Source of the DNA: a virus
Taxonomy: Duplodnaviria; Caudoviricetes
IMG/VR virus record: IMGVR_UViG_3300027819_000040
Span: 1 to 34,239 of that record
Length of the DNA: 34,239 nt
Strand: one strand, 5' to 3'
Shown here: piece by piece, positions 26,109 through 34,239 of the stretch
Numbering within the stretch: position 1 is the first letter of the stretch
How the letters are laid out: each line of letters begins with the position of its first letter
Translations under genes and position numbers: made by a program
The notes under the pieces: generated by a model
Database searches by the model: none
What the model was told of the DNA's origin: nothing
What the model saw: the letters and a program-made list of their open reading frames with translations, nothing else

Positions 26109-26501
26109 CTACGCCGTGGCGAGGCCAGATGCACCAAGCGCCTCGAGGAGCCGGACCGCCTTGTCGGTCATCACACCGTGCAGCACCGCTAGGTCGGACG
26201 CCGGCTGCTTCGTGAGCCAGTCCTTGTCGGCGAACACGGCGGTCTGCGCCTCCAGCGTCTTGAGATTGGCGCGCAGGTAGAGGATGAGCAGGTCGCCGAT
26301 CTGCTGCCTTTTATCGGGTGCAACGGACGAAACATCCGACGCATCCCGTCGCGTTGTTGGTTGCTTGGCCCGGACGCGCCACGACTTGATGGTGCCCGAG
26401 GGGATCTTGTATTGCGCGGCCACTTCCTCGATGCCCTGGCCGGCAAGCATGGCCGCCATAACGGCGGCTTTCGTCTCGGGGCTGTACGTGGTCTTCTTCA
26501 C
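26109..26501 (-). CDS. terS: Terminase small subunit (N-terminal HTH)
   Basis: YSPETKA...IEEVAAQYKIPSGTIKSW HTH followed by helices; directly upstream of TerL. Confidence 0.75.
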   Translation of the reverse strand: MKKTTYSPETKAAVMAAMLAGQGIEEVAAQYKIPSGTIKSWRVRAKQPTTRRDASDVSSVAPDKRQQIGDLLILYLRANLKTLEAQTAVFADKDWLTKQPASDLAVLHGVMTDKAVRLLEALGASGLATA

Positions 26502-26507
26502 GTACGC

Positions 26508-26563
26508 AACATCAACTCATCCCGTGCGTTTCGCCGATTGAATGGCTGTAAGTTTTTCCGGCG
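26508..26563 (-). promoter_or_regulatory. Putative late promoter upstream of terS, motif copy 1
   Basis: CGCCGGAAAAACTTACAGCCATTC; weak -10 GATGTT at the same 32-nt spacing. Confidence 0.55.
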
Positions 26564-26840
26564 GATTCACCGGGGCGTCGGCGACCGACCACGCCAGTGT
26601 GAGACTGTGGACGTTCCGCACGGCGCGACCGTGGCCAATCAGGTATCCTAGCGCGAGCAACTGCCGGACTGCGGCGACGGCCGACTTCTCCGAGATCCCG
26701 ACGGCCTCCGCCATCGCGTACACCTTCCACTCCCGCACCTCGCAATGATCCAGCGCGGTGGAGAGGTAGTTGTAGAGCCGGATCGCGCTCGGCGTCAGGC
26801 GGCGATCCCTCCGGAAGGTCAGTTCGGCCGGGCAGGTCAT
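26517..26840 (-). CDS. Winged HTH protein, candidate late transcription regulator
   Basis: DRRLTPSAIRLY..L...MAEAVGISEKSAVAAVRQLLALGYL; AGGAG SD. Confidence 0.8.
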   Translation of the reverse strand: MTCPAELTFRRDRRLTPSAIRLYNYLSTALDHCEVREWKVYAMAEAVGISEKSAVAAVRQLLALGYLIGHGRAVRNVHSLTLAWSVADAPVNPPEKLTAIQSAKRTG

Positions 26841-26850
26841 GCCGGTACTC

Positions 26851-27309
26851 CTAGTTCGAAATGAGAGACGACGCCGGAAGTTTGCGCCATGTACCTTCAG
26901 CCTTACGCCGCGCCCTAACTACAAGGAAATGAAGCAGATGCCTGCTGCTCTTCTCGTGATTGCATGAATGACAGACTCGGACGAGATTGTCCGCGGAATG
27001 ATCCCCGCCGCGCCTTCGCGGGACTATATGGTCCCATGATCCGGACACTCCTCCGCAGTATGCGCAGGGATCGCTCAACCTCCACGCGACGTTCTCTTTG
27101 GCGGTCTTGTAGCCGGTTCCCTTTGCAGATCTCCTGCGCCGTTGTGCTAACACAGGGGGATTCTGCACCGGGGAAGCCTGCAGAGGTCGAGCACGGGCCA
27201 TCCACCGTGCGTTATCCGCTGCAAATACAAGCGCCTTCTCAGCGTCGCTCAGTTGACGCCATCGCTTCGGACCGGCGGCCGTTTCATAGAGCCCATTTCG
27301 GCACCTCAT
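26851..27309 (-). CDS. HNH endonuclease
   Basis: CAYCG...DHIVP...GG...NLV..CHSCNHEK; start reassigned to the ATGA overlap. Confidence 0.88.
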   Translation of the reverse strand: MRCRNGLYETAAGPKRWRQLSDAEKALVFAADNARWMARARPLQASPVQNPPVLAQRRRRSAKGTGYKTAKENVAWRLSDPCAYCGGVSGSWDHIVPRRRGGDHSADNLVRVCHSCNHEKSSRHLLHFLVVRARRKAEGTWRKLPASSLISN

Positions 27310-27632
27310 GCAGGCTCCGGAATTCCGTCCGTTACGAGCCCGCGCCGGATGAGCGCCGCGTAGTGCTGCTCCGCGGCCTCCCTCCAGGACCGACGCACCT
27401 GCTCGATGCAGGTTACCGCCACCTCCATGAGCACCGGCGCCGTCGTTCCGGTGGCCGGGAGTCTGGCGACGTCCTTCCAGTGCATTTTGTCCGGGTCGTG
27501 GTAGCGAATCCACAGGTACGGCGCCTCGCCGCCGATCTCGACGGCGACGAACCCCGTGCCGCCGTAGATCCGCTCAAGCGCTTGGCGGACATTTCTCAAC
27601 TCACGGTTCGACAGCAGGTTGACGGTGATCAT
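27306..27632 (-). CDS. Hypothetical protein
   Basis: Start MITVNLL after GGAG; stop coupled to the HNH start. Confidence 0.6.
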   Translation of the reverse strand: MITVNLLSNRELRNVRQALERIYGGTGFVAVEIGGEAPYLWIRYHDPDKMHWKDVARLPATGTTAPVLMEVAVTCIEQVRRSWREAAEQHYAALIRRGLVTDGIPEPA

Positions 27633-27657
27633 CGGTCTGACTCTCCGGGGCATCCGA

Positions 27658-27822
27658 TCATGGTTTGATAGTCGTCGGCCGACCGGGCGCCGGCGACGGG
27701 CAGGCTTCGAGGAGCTGCGCCGGGTGGCGCTGTGCATCAATGACAAGGAAGACGTGCTCGGCGACGAACAGCGCGAGGAGCACGCAGCCGAAGGCGACGA
27801 GGACGCGTTCCGCGCGGGTCAC
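27658..27822 (-). CDS. Small membrane protein, 54 aa (not in the ORF track)
   Basis: GTGA overlap with the upstream stop; MTRAERVLVAFGCVLLALFVAEHVFLVIDA... Confidence 0.55.
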   Translation of the reverse strand: MTRAERVLVAFGCVLLALFVAEHVFLVIDAQRHPAQLLEACPSPAPGRPTTIKP

Positions 27823-28517
27823 GTCGGGCTCCCACCTTCCGCGACGTCGGTGTCTTCAGAACGGGCGGCGCGAGAGCGCGGCGCACCGGTGCGAAGTCGA
27901 GGGATCAGCCCGTCATACCACACAGGGTCTAAGGCTCCTATCGCACCTAGAACCATCGCTGCGGCGTGCCGATGCCAGCCGCGCGCATCAACCGCCCGGA
28001 AGATCATACCGCACGTGCAATGCGTCTCGCCTAGCACGTTCGTGTTCGGCTGATGAGCCTTGAGCGCAAAACTCATCTTCTGGTGAAGCGCTTGGATGTC
28101 CGGTTCTCTCGACTCTGTCGCAGGACCGGATGTGGGCCAGCAGCGCGGACAAGCCTCGGCATCCTCGCCAACGCCGATGCTTCCCAGCCCGTGGCATTCT
28201 GGGCAGCGCGCATCGGTCACGATCTGAGGAGACGAGGCGGACGCGTAGAGCTTCGCCAGGATCTTCCTCACGATCCCTGCGTAGTCGATGGTGATGTACT
28301 CCGACGGGATGTCGCTCTTGTGCTGCACTTCAGCCGCGATGACCCCCTGCTCAATGGCCTCCATCAGCGCGCCCTGCACCGCGACTCTGTCTGGCTCATT
28401 CGATGGGGACGAGAGGGCGGCGCGGATGCGTTCGTAGCAGGCTCGGTCCATGTCGGTCGCGATGCTCGTGTTGCGCTCCAACCATCCGATGTCAAACTCC
28501 CTTTGCTTGTCAGCCAT
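27819..28517 (-). CDS. Mosaic hypothetical protein with a DnaJ-like CxxCxGxG zinc motif
   Basis: CPECHGLG...CPRC and H...HCTCG...H; GAGG SD. Confidence 0.6.
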   Translation of the reverse strand: MADKQREFDIGWLERNTSIATDMDRACYERIRAALSSPSNEPDRVAVQGALMEAIEQGVIAAEVQHKSDIPSEYITIDYAGIVRKILAKLYASASSPQIVTDARCPECHGLGSIGVGEDAEACPRCWPTSGPATESREPDIQALHQKMSFALKAHQPNTNVLGETHCTCGMIFRAVDARGWHRHAAAMVLGAIGALDPVWYDGLIPRLRTGAPRSRAARSEDTDVAEGGSPT

Positions 28518-28723
28518 TTGGAACCTCGCGGTGTTGGGCCAGTCCGCAGCGCTCGCAGGTGCGATCCTGCACGCGGACAGTCACTTCTTCCGGCGCAACG
28601 AGCGGAACGTATCCGCCGAAGCTCGTATATCCCTTGATCGTTGCGGTGCCGACCACGACGGCACTCCACTTGCCCCAGCGGTGCAGTCCGATCCGGCAAA
28701 GCAGGTCAGCCATTTGGAACCTC
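28509..28723. repeat. 19-bp direct repeat (28509-28527 and 28705-28723) flanking a small gene
   Basis: Identical GAGGTTCCAAATGGCTGAC on the minus strand. Confidence 0.9.
28510..28713 (-). CDS. Small zinc-ribbon-like protein
   Basis: LLCRIGLHRW...RTCERCG; coupled at both ends. Confidence 0.7.
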   Translation of the reverse strand: MADLLCRIGLHRWGKWSAVVVGTATIKGYTSFGGYVPLVAPEEVTVRVQDRTCERCGLAQHREVPNG

Positions 28724-29506
28724 CGTGTGCCGTTGTCCGTCGAGGAGAGCCTTGTCGTGTGCGCGGGCGTTGGGGTGCCCGCCGAGTTGCTTCAGGAAGA
28801 ACGGGACCCCGGCCTTCGCGCATTCGTCGCGAAGCGCGCGCGCCCAGCCCTCGTCCATCGGACGTGCGCCCGCTCCGCTCTCGCCACCGGCGATTACCCA
28901 GCCAATCGGGTAGATGGGCGTTGAGCCACCGCACCCTTTCAGTGCGTTGACGTGTAGATCATCCGCGCCGACCATCGTGTTGCCGGGGGCGCAGAACACG
29001 GCGGCCATCGGCAGCTTTGTCGTGACCGGGCCAAGCAACGGCTCGCAGGACAGGAAGTGGCCGCGCGCCGGGATCTTCAGCAGGTGAGGGATGCGCGCGG
29101 TTGCTTGCCGTTGGTTCTCGGCGCTCGTTCCCAGCCAGACGTTCGGACAACCCTCGCCCCAATCAGCGGGCAGGTGCGCCGCGATCCGCTCCGGCCGCTT
29201 CGTCAAGATTTGATACGTCAGGTGCGGCGTGACCCGGATGATCTCCCACGCTTCAGCGCGCCATGCGTCGGCGTCGGGGTGGAAGAAATCCGACCATGAG
29301 CACGTGAAGATGCGCGCCGACTCCTTCCACTTCAGCGGGGCGTCGAAGACCGTCTTCGAGCGCCGCACTTCAGCGAACGCCGGCAGCTTGTACTTCAGGT
29401 GCTCGCGCTCGGCGTAGCAGTGCGCGCAGCCGGGGCTGACTTTCGTGCAGCCCTGCCAGGGGTTCCACGTCTTGTCCGTCCATTCAATGCCAGTCTGCTT
29501 GCCCAC
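28706..29506 (-). CDS. Phage Gp37/Gp68 family (DUF5131) protein
   Basis: IEWTDKTWNPWQGCTKVSPGCAHCYA, LTKRPER, WVIAGGESG, PFFLKQLG. Confidence 0.92.
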   Translation of the reverse strand: MGKQTGIEWTDKTWNPWQGCTKVSPGCAHCYAEREHLKYKLPAFAEVRRSKTVFDAPLKWKESARIFTCSWSDFFHPDADAWRAEAWEIIRVTPHLTYQILTKRPERIAAHLPADWGEGCPNVWLGTSAENQRQATARIPHLLKIPARGHFLSCEPLLGPVTTKLPMAAVFCAPGNTMVGADDLHVNALKGCGGSTPIYPIGWVIAGGESGAGARPMDEGWARALRDECAKAGVPFFLKQLGGHPNARAHDKALLDGQRHTEVPNG

Positions 29507-29507
29507 G

Positions 29508-29699
29508 CTACTTTCCCTCCGCTGTCAGGGTGGCACGGCGGTTCTGTTCGGCGGTCACCTCATCGAGCAAGCGCCGGATCGTACCTTCTCGCACGTATCC
29601 GAACGGATGTCCGCGGCGGTCGATGTTCACGCACCGGGCCGTCTGCGACTCATCGTCGAGGATGATGCGCTCGCCGGGGACATCAATCGTCACGATCAT
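29508..29699 (-). CDS. Hypothetical protein
   Basis: 63 aa, ATGA-coupled to the upstream gene. Confidence 0.55.
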   Translation of the reverse strand: MIVTIDVPGERIILDDESQTARCVNIDRRGHPFGYVREGTIRRLLDEVTAEQNRRATLTAEGK

Positions 29700-30355
29700 G
29701 AGACCGATCTCTCAGCGTCGCCGGCGCGCGTGAAGTTGATCACCCAGACCCACGGGTTGCTCGCCCACGGCGCACGCTTGCTGTTGATGTCATTCCAGAG
29801 CAAGGCATAGGCGCCAACCGCCGATCCACTCAGCTCTTGGAGGAGAGACCCGTCGGTGTCATGGCAGCCTTCCGCCCGTGCGTCCGCCTCGCTGATGTCC
29901 TGAAGCCGCTCGACGCGCACGCCGGTGATTTCGAGCGTGAGGCGAGAGGCCCAGCGGGACATGTGGATCGATGGTTTCGGCTTCGTCCAGTCGCCATCCT
30001 CTGGGTTGCCGTCTGCCCAGTAATGGACGGGCGCGCCAACGTCCAACGAACAATGGCCGTGCCAGTACGAGAAGCACTCCCGCACCCACAGCCGATCACC
30101 GGGCACGCCGTAGGGCGAGAAGACGCGCTGCACCGAGTCGTCGTCTGCGCAGAACACATGCAGGTAGCCCTCGTTCACTAGCGCGAACGGGTTGCCTGCA
30201 CCTCCTCGGTCTGCAAACGACAAGGTTGCCGCGAGGTCCGGTTGCTTGGCGCGTATCCAGCGCGGCAGCTTCACGACCCGTCGCGTCTGTGTCTTGCGTC
30301 CGTCGAGGATGCCCCGGACGCTGTGGCCGCTGAAGATGATCGGCCGTTCACGCAT
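29696..30355 (-). CDS. ASCH/PUA-like phage protein
   Basis: ERPIIFS...ILDGRKTQTRR, GDRLWVRE, PSIHM.RWASRLTLEIT.VRVERLQDIS, W..NPWVWVI.F. Confidence 0.85.
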   Translation of the reverse strand: MRERPIIFSGHSVRGILDGRKTQTRRVVKLPRWIRAKQPDLAATLSFADRGGAGNPFALVNEGYLHVFCADDDSVQRVFSPYGVPGDRLWVRECFSYWHGHCSLDVGAPVHYWADGNPEDGDWTKPKPSIHMSRWASRLTLEITGVRVERLQDISEADARAEGCHDTDGSLLQELSGSAVGAYALLWNDINSKRAPWASNPWVWVINFTRAGDAERSVS

Positions 30356-30956
30356 GGGGGCGCTCGGTCTGCTCATTGCCCGGCAGCGCACGAATCTTCG
30401 CGGCGATCCGCCGCGCCGTGGACGCGCTACCGATGGCCTCTCCCGCACCGGCGTCGCTCAGCGTCTTCACCGCCGCTGCGAAGTTGTCGGGATACTGGGC
30501 CGCCTCGGCGTCGGCGATCTGCGCGCACCGTTCACGCTCTGCGAACGCTAGCACATGCGGGTCGTCGCGCGGGGTCGGGATGGTGCCTGGGAGACGCGAG
30601 CGCATCAACGCCAGCGTGCTCGGGTCGTTCAGCAACCGCGCGATTTCCAGTCCTTGCTCGCAGTAGCAGGGGCTCACCGGGTCGCGTCGGCGCGGACACG
30701 AGACATGGTGGAGGTGGTGAGGCACGTCCTCAGAGAGGATGGTCCTCGCCTCATCCACCGTCGGCATCCCCGCGTCAGCGGGAGTGTCCACCACGAGCGA
30801 CTTCAGCCATTCCGCGTTGAGCGTGGCAATCGGTCGGCCCGCAGCATCCGTCAGCTTCACGATCGCATCGTCAGCCTTCTCGGCGCCGTCATCGCCATAG
30901 TCGATGCCCAGCCACTCCATGATCCGCTCGCGTTGAAGCTCAGTCAGGTAACGCAT
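30348..30956 (-). CDS. Hypothetical protein
   Basis: Start MRYLTEL after AGGAG; AERERCAQIAD...IAAKIRAL phage motif. Confidence 0.6.
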   Translation of the reverse strand: MRYLTELQRERIMEWLGIDYGDDGAEKADDAIVKLTDAAGRPIATLNAEWLKSLVVDTPADAGMPTVDEARTILSEDVPHHLHHVSCPRRRDPVSPCYCEQGLEIARLLNDPSTLALMRSRLPGTIPTPRDDPHVLAFAERERCAQIADAEAAQYPDNFAAAVKTLSDAGAGEAIGSASTARRIAAKIRALPGNEQTERPHA

Positions 30957-31320
30957 GGCCTGTCTCCTGTCCCGCCGCTTGTTCCGCGTCGAGTAGACTG
31001 TTGTATTCATCCCACGAGTTGAAGCACGTCGGATTGCCGTTGCTGGCCAGCACGTTTCCGTGCAACGCGGCCTCGAACGCGCGGAGTCCATGCCTCCCGT
31101 AGAACTCGGGATTCTCTTCGGCAGAGCGCAGGAATGCCTCCACGTCCTCTGTTTGCAGGAGGACACCGCCGCGCGGATCGCATGGCAGCCCGTACTCACC
31201 TTTCGTCCGGTATGGCGGCGCTGCATCAGACCACCAGCACGTCAGCGCGCCGTAGTAGATCGTCGTGGGACGCGCGGCGCGTACGTCGGCAATCGTGCGC
31301 TGCTTGGTTGCGAGCCTCAC
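30940..31320 (-). CDS. Hypothetical protein
   Basis: 126 aa, IYYG..TCWW...LPCDPRG.VL; GTGA-coupled. Confidence 0.65.
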   Translation of the reverse strand: MRLATKQRTIADVRAARPTTIYYGALTCWWSDAAPPYRTKGEYGLPCDPRGGVLLQTEDVEAFLRSAEENPEFYGRHGLRAFEAALHGNVLASNGNPTCFNSWDEYNSLLDAEQAAGQETGHALPD

Positions 31321-32156
31321 TTGCTCTCCCGTTCAGAGGACTGGGCGGCATTCGGCGCTCCGCTTGTGGTGGCCTGCCATTCTCTCGCGTCCATCCACGG
31401 AGTATGCGTGAGACATCGCGCCGCGACCGCAACCTCCTTCTCGCCTTCTCCCGCCGTCTGGCACGTCGGCGACTTCCCGCACTGCGTGCACGGGTGCATA
31501 TCGGCGAAACGCGGATAGCCGATCGAGTCAACCGTCACGACGGCTTTCATCGCGATGTCACCGGTGAGGGCGGGGCGAACAGCGGCAAGACGTTCGGCAA
31601 GGCAGTGCAACTGGACGGCCAACGGATTGGTGCCATCGCCGATCCCCCATTCTCCGTCAATCGCATCGGCAGCTCTGCGCACGAGCGCGACGTCCTCATC
31701 GCTCACCGCCCCGAGAACAAGCGGACGCCGGGCTGTATCTGGCACCAGCTTCCACACGAGATCCAGGTGGGCCGCTTTCGCCGTGAAACAGTTCAGGCAG
31801 TACACGCCCTCTCCGACCGTGCCGGTGACGAGGTTGAAGAGCGCGTTGTCCGTATACCAGATGACGTTCTTCGCGCCGCAGAATCGACAGCGGGTGTCGC
31901 CGTCCTCGTGACGGTGATCGCCGACTACCTTCGACAGCAGCCGGTCTTGACGCACGAGTTGGTCGAGGGCAGTCCGCACGTCCCCGCCCCGTCCGCAGAC
32001 CTCGCCATCGTTCATCACCACCACGGACCAGTCGGGCGTTGCGTCGTGAATCACCACGCCGTCGCTGGTCACGCCGACCGTCTTCGCGATAGCATCAATC
32101 CGTTCCACGTCGGAGATGGGCGCTTCGCCGTCCTCCGGCTTCCCGTTAGCGGACAT
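31317..32156 (-). CDS. Mosaic hypothetical protein with Cys-pair motifs
   Basis: CRFCG...YCLNCF and CTQCG; GGAG SD. Confidence 0.6.
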   Translation of the reverse strand: MSANGKPEDGEAPISDVERIDAIAKTVGVTSDGVVIHDATPDWSVVVMNDGEVCGRGGDVRTALDQLVRQDRLLSKVVGDHRHEDGDTRCRFCGAKNVIWYTDNALFNLVTGTVGEGVYCLNCFTAKAAHLDLVWKLVPDTARRPLVLGAVSDEDVALVRRAADAIDGEWGIGDGTNPLAVQLHCLAERLAAVRPALTGDIAMKAVVTVDSIGYPRFADMHPCTQCGKSPTCQTAGEGEKEVAVAARCLTHTPWMDAREWQATTSGAPNAAQSSERESK

Positions 32157-32430
32157 CAGTCGGCGCTCCTCTGTTATCGAGAATGCCGATGCGCTTTGCC
32201 ATTTCGATGAGGTCCAGCACCTCGCGCTGTAGGTACTGCGCGTTGCTGACCTGCTGGTCGCGCGGGAGCGTCGGGTTCACGCTCTGCCATCCCCAGCGCA
32301 GGGTCTTGGCGCACGCGTGCACGACCTCGCCCGCCTCCTCCATCAAACGCACCAACTGCTCCTGCTCCTGTGGGGTGACGTCATCGCCACAGAGGCGCTC
32401 TCTGTCGTACTTCGATTTAGGCATGGTCAT
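32146..32430 (-). CDS. MazG-like nucleotide pyrophosphohydrolase
   Basis: LMEEAGEVV...K..R.G...L.REVLDL (EExxE...ExxD). Confidence 0.7.
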   Translation of the reverse strand: MTMPKSKYDRERLCGDDVTPQEQEQLVRLMEEAGEVVHACAKTLRWGWQSVNPTLPRDQQVSNAQYLQREVLDLIEMAKRIGILDNRGAPTDVR

Positions 32431-32797
32431 CTCCTGAGACGTCGAAGAATCCGAGCTGTCCGCGCAGCGGACGGAATAGCAGCGGCTCGGCGTTGGCGAG
32501 CATGAAGCCGAAGGGGCCGAAGAAGTAGCGAGACGTGGAGTGCGGCACGCAGTCGGTCAGGGTCGCCTTCCCGACAATGCCACCGCGCTCGAAGGCATCG
32601 GGCGCTGGCATCGTGATCTCGGGGAAGGTGTGACGAATCCAGTCGTATCCGTCGGCGTCGAACGTCTTCCCGGCATGGACGAGAAACTCGCCGCGGAAGT
32701 CCGTCCACCACGACCGGTTCTCAACGTCCTTACGCACTTCGATTGGCGCGTTGACGATGAGCCACGCCCACGGCTGCTGAATCGAGAGGGCTTTCAT
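32417..32797 (-). CDS. ASCH domain protein
   Basis: MKALSIQQPWAWLI...KDVENRSW.T.FRG...HAG...GGIVG...RGQLGFF. Confidence 0.92.
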   Translation of the reverse strand: MKALSIQQPWAWLIVNAPIEVRKDVENRSWWTDFRGEFLVHAGKTFDADGYDWIRHTFPEITMPAPDAFERGGIVGKATLTDCVPHSTSRYFFGPFGFMLANAEPLLFRPLRGQLGFFDVSGDDHA

Positions 32798-33141
32798 TCG
32801 CTTGCCCCCTGCGTCGGCGGCGGGGCGAAATCAAAGACCTCGTGCTCGCCGCCGTCGTATGTGACGATGACCGGATTCAGCTTGAATAGCCCGCCGCCCG
32901 CATAGTTGCAGGGGCCGCCTTCGCGCTTGAACGTCTTGGCGTCATCCGCTGCGATCCATCGCCCCACGCACGAGAAGGCCACCGCTGATTCAGTCGCTCC
33001 AGCGTCCATCCAGTCCTGAACGGTGGCGACATGACCGCACGACGGGCACACGAACGCCCAGCGCATCGGATCTTCACCGAACCGCCGCACCGCCTCGGCC
33101 TTCCACTCGGCGATCGTCATTCGCGTGATCGTGCTAGCCAT
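32794..33141 (-). CDS. VVA0879-like protein
   Basis: RFG.D...WAFVCPSCGH...FSCVGRW...CNYAGGGLF; start MASTIT after AGGAGG. Confidence 0.7.
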   Translation of the reverse strand: MASTITRMTIAEWKAEAVRRFGEDPMRWAFVCPSCGHVATVQDWMDAGATESAVAFSCVGRWIAADDAKTFKREGGPCNYAGGGLFKLNPVIVTYDGGEHEVFDFAPPPTQGASE

Positions 33142-33307
33142 CGTGTTCCTCCTGCTTGGCGGCCTTCCGTCTCCGATCTGCACGCCAGTCCTGCCACGCG
33201 GCGTAGGCATACGCCAAACCGAACATGGCGAGGATGGCGAGGGAGACGGCGAGGAACGTGACCACTCCCGCGACTTCCTTCATCAGCCAGAACTTGAGGG
33301 CTTCCAT
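33134..33307 (-). CDS. Small single-TM protein
   Basis: MEALKFWLMKEVAGVVTFLAVSLAILAMFGLAYAYA; TAATG coupling. Confidence 0.55.
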   Translation of the reverse strand: MEALKFWLMKEVAGVVTFLAVSLAILAMFGLAYAYAAWQDWRADRRRKAAKQEEHDG

Positions 33308-33810
33308 TAGTGCTTTTCCGGTAGGTCGTATACCGTCACCGGCACGCCGCGCGCGCAGAGCGTGCGCTCGATGATCGGCTCTATGTCCTCCCACGAGGCG
33401 CCGGCGATCCCGCAGCCGATGCGCGGCATGTGGACAGCACCACCGGGGAAGCCCAGTACTTCGTCGGCCAGCAGATTCAGGCACCCCTCCAGCGCCATGA
33501 AGTCAACGGCGCAGGGGCGTGCGGCCGTGGGGAATCCCCTCTGTGCGACCATGTTCACGACCGCCGTCGAACTCGACACCACGGCCACTTGTATCTCGCC
33601 CAATGCGAAGTGTCCCGACGCGCCAGCACCGAATGACGTCTCGTGCCAAGCGATGTAGTCCGCGCGCGGCGACGACCACCTGCGCGAAATGGCCACCACG
33701 AACCCGGCGCCCCATGCGCCGACGTCGTTGCAGATGTGCGCGATGAACGCGCGCTCGTCCGCACCCTCACGTTGCGGCTCCGTGGCGTCCCCGATGACGT
33801 AGCGGATCAT
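33307..33810 (-). CDS. Macrodomain protein (Poa1p/TARG1/DarG-like ADP-ribose processing)
   Basis: IRYVIGDAT, HICND.G.WGAGF, VHMPRIGCGIAGASW; start reassigned to the ATGA overlap. Confidence 0.9.
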   Translation of the reverse strand: MIRYVIGDATEPQREGADERAFIAHICNDVGAWGAGFVVAISRRWSSPRADYIAWHETSFGAGASGHFALGEIQVAVVSSSTAVVNMVAQRGFPTAARPCAVDFMALEGCLNLLADEVLGFPGGAVHMPRIGCGIAGASWEDIEPIIERTLCARGVPVTVYDLPEKH

Positions 33811-34239
33811 TGCGCCAGCTCCGCGAGCATCGCCTTGATCTTCTCGCGGGCCTCCCATGCGGCCTCTTCCTGGCGGCGCACGATCACCGCCTCGATGTCG
33901 CAGGGCGTCCACAGGAAGGCGAGGTCCTTGTCTGGCGACTCGACGACTGCGCCCTTGCTGTCGAGCTTGTACCACTTGAGGGGCTCGATGCCGTCCTCGC
34001 CGGCGTAGCGCACGACCGCCCGAGGCCGTGGGCCGGAGTCATCGATGAGGATGAGCAGGCCGTCGGCACCGACGCGAGCGCGCGAACCGTTCCGCGCGAG
34101 GGCGATGCCCTTTGAGCCCGTCGCGCTCGCTGCGCCGCGTGAGCCCGTCGCGCTCGCTGCGCCGCTTTCGCCCGTCGCGCTCGCTGCGCCGGTGTAGCCC
34201 GTCGCGCTCGCTGCGCCGCTTTCGCCCGTCGCGCTCGCT
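33807..34239 (-). CDS. Phage protein with (GAASATGxx)n decapeptide repeats, 5' end outside the window
   Basis: Open frame through ASATGES-GAASATGYT-GAASATGES-GAASATGSR-GAASATGSK into YAGEDGIEPLKWYKLD. Confidence 0.8.
   Translation of the reverse strand, partial: ASATGESGAASATGYTGAASATGESGAASATGSRGAASATGSKGIALARNGSRARVGADGLLILIDDSGPRPRAVVRYAGEDGIEPLKWYKLDSKGAVVESPDKDLAFLWTPCDIEAVIVRRQEEAAWEAREKIKAMLAELAQ
34114..34239. repeat. In-frame tandem repeat with constant core GCCCGTCGCGCTCGCTGCGCC and a variable hexamer
   Basis: At least five consecutive units at the window end, all coding. Confidence 0.9.

Noticed and set aside
8459-26215. Long plus-strand ORFs (e.g. 8459-10288, 13282-15279, 22892-24673, 24716-26215)
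   Set aside because: Antisense shadows of high-GC minus-strand genes with no recognisable motifs
34114-34239. Terminal repeats as CRISPR or origin iterons
   Set aside because: Units are in frame in an ORF and the variable part is only 6 nt

Overview
About 34 kb of a high-GC tailed phage or prophage, siphovirus-like from its tape measure and tail tube. Essentially all real genes lie on the minus strand. In transcription order (right to left): small early/accessory genes (10-aa repeat protein, macrodomain, VVA0879-like, two ASCH/PUA-like, MazG-like, Gp37Gp68-like), HNH, wHTH regulator, terminases, portal, a Cys/His protein, an HslV-like Thr peptidase, gpF-like head protein, scaffold, a complete phage tmRNA, a structured hairpin array, decoration and major capsid, neck and tail genes with a -1 frameshift chaperone, tape measure, tail tip proteins, a complete diversity-generating retroelement (target+VR, avd, TR, RT) and lysis genes. 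The most novel-looking part is the ~600-nt non-coding block inside the head operon: a compact tmRNA with a 35-aa tag, followed by five hairpins with different stems but the same GCGA(G/U) pentaloop. A 24-bp motif repeated three times at fixed spacing from -10 boxes suggests activator-dependent late promoters. No integrase, replication genes or att sites are visible, and the host cannot be identified from the sequence. All family calls come from motif recognition and synteny; no database searches were run.
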